From an uncultured Bacilli bacterium (GTDB lineage Bacteria > Bacillota_I > Bacilli_A > RF39 > UBA660), in NCBI GenBank assembly GCA_947631475.1, contig CANRLI010000001.1:1-57696 (forward strand): a stretch of DNA of 57,696 bases, written 5' to 3'. The position numbers and the translations under genes were made by a program. Below, one piece after another: positions 57,661 to 57,696 of the stretch. A model generated the notes under the pieces. It was not told the origin of the DNA. It did no database searches and saw nothing but the letters and a program-made list of their open reading frames with translations. Each line of letters begins with the position of its first letter. The first letter of the stretch is position 1.

Positions 57661-57696
57661 AAAAAAGTAGACTATCTTTATAGATTTAGTCTACTT
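57661..57696 (-). terminator. rho-independent terminator of a minus-strand gene lying beyond the right edge
   Basis: Perfect 9-bp stem AAGTAGACT / AGTCTACTT (57665-57673 and 57688-57696) with a 14-nt loop, followed on the minus strand by TTTTTT. Confidence 0.6.

Overview
AT-rich (by eye under ~30% GC) low-GC Firmicutes-type chromosomal segment, possibly Erysipelotrichia-like. It reads with the standard genetic code: TGA is used as a stop at 24556-24558 and 16056-16058, and Trp is TGG. Most genes are on the minus strand. The first ~45 kb is mostly housekeeping and cell-envelope. It holds a VanY-type carboxypeptidase, a CzrA-like ArsR regulator with a P1B metal ATPase, a SEDS protein, T-box-controlled tyrS and leuS, and a ytxG/ytxH-like cluster. 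It also holds trmB, a MOP flippase, Cse60, YfhO, an NrtR-like Nudix protein, a CIRCE-controlled clpB that lacks the N-domain, GH31, a TIGR01212 radical SAM protein, a CaCA antiporter, tRNA-Gln(CUG), rhomboid and PgeF. Three large repeat-containing surface proteins are also present. The last ~12 kb (45.3-57.7 kb) looks accessory. It carries a second divergent trmB paralogue, a PcfJ-like protein, DUF1003, a DUF262/DUF1524 (GmrSD-like) type IV restriction candidate, an HTH + P-loop + CYTH fusion protein, an XRE-TM regulator and an MFS transporter. At the right edge is a three-gene cassette insulated by a promoter and terminators: a short HEXXH+E metallopeptidase, a coiled-coil AAA+ (AAA_5/MoxR-like) ATPase, and a 308-aa unknown. 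That cassette is my best candidate for an undescribed (possibly conflict/defence) system. I saw no rRNA, CRISPR array, transposase or integrase. All family calls come from motif recognition by eye, not database searches.
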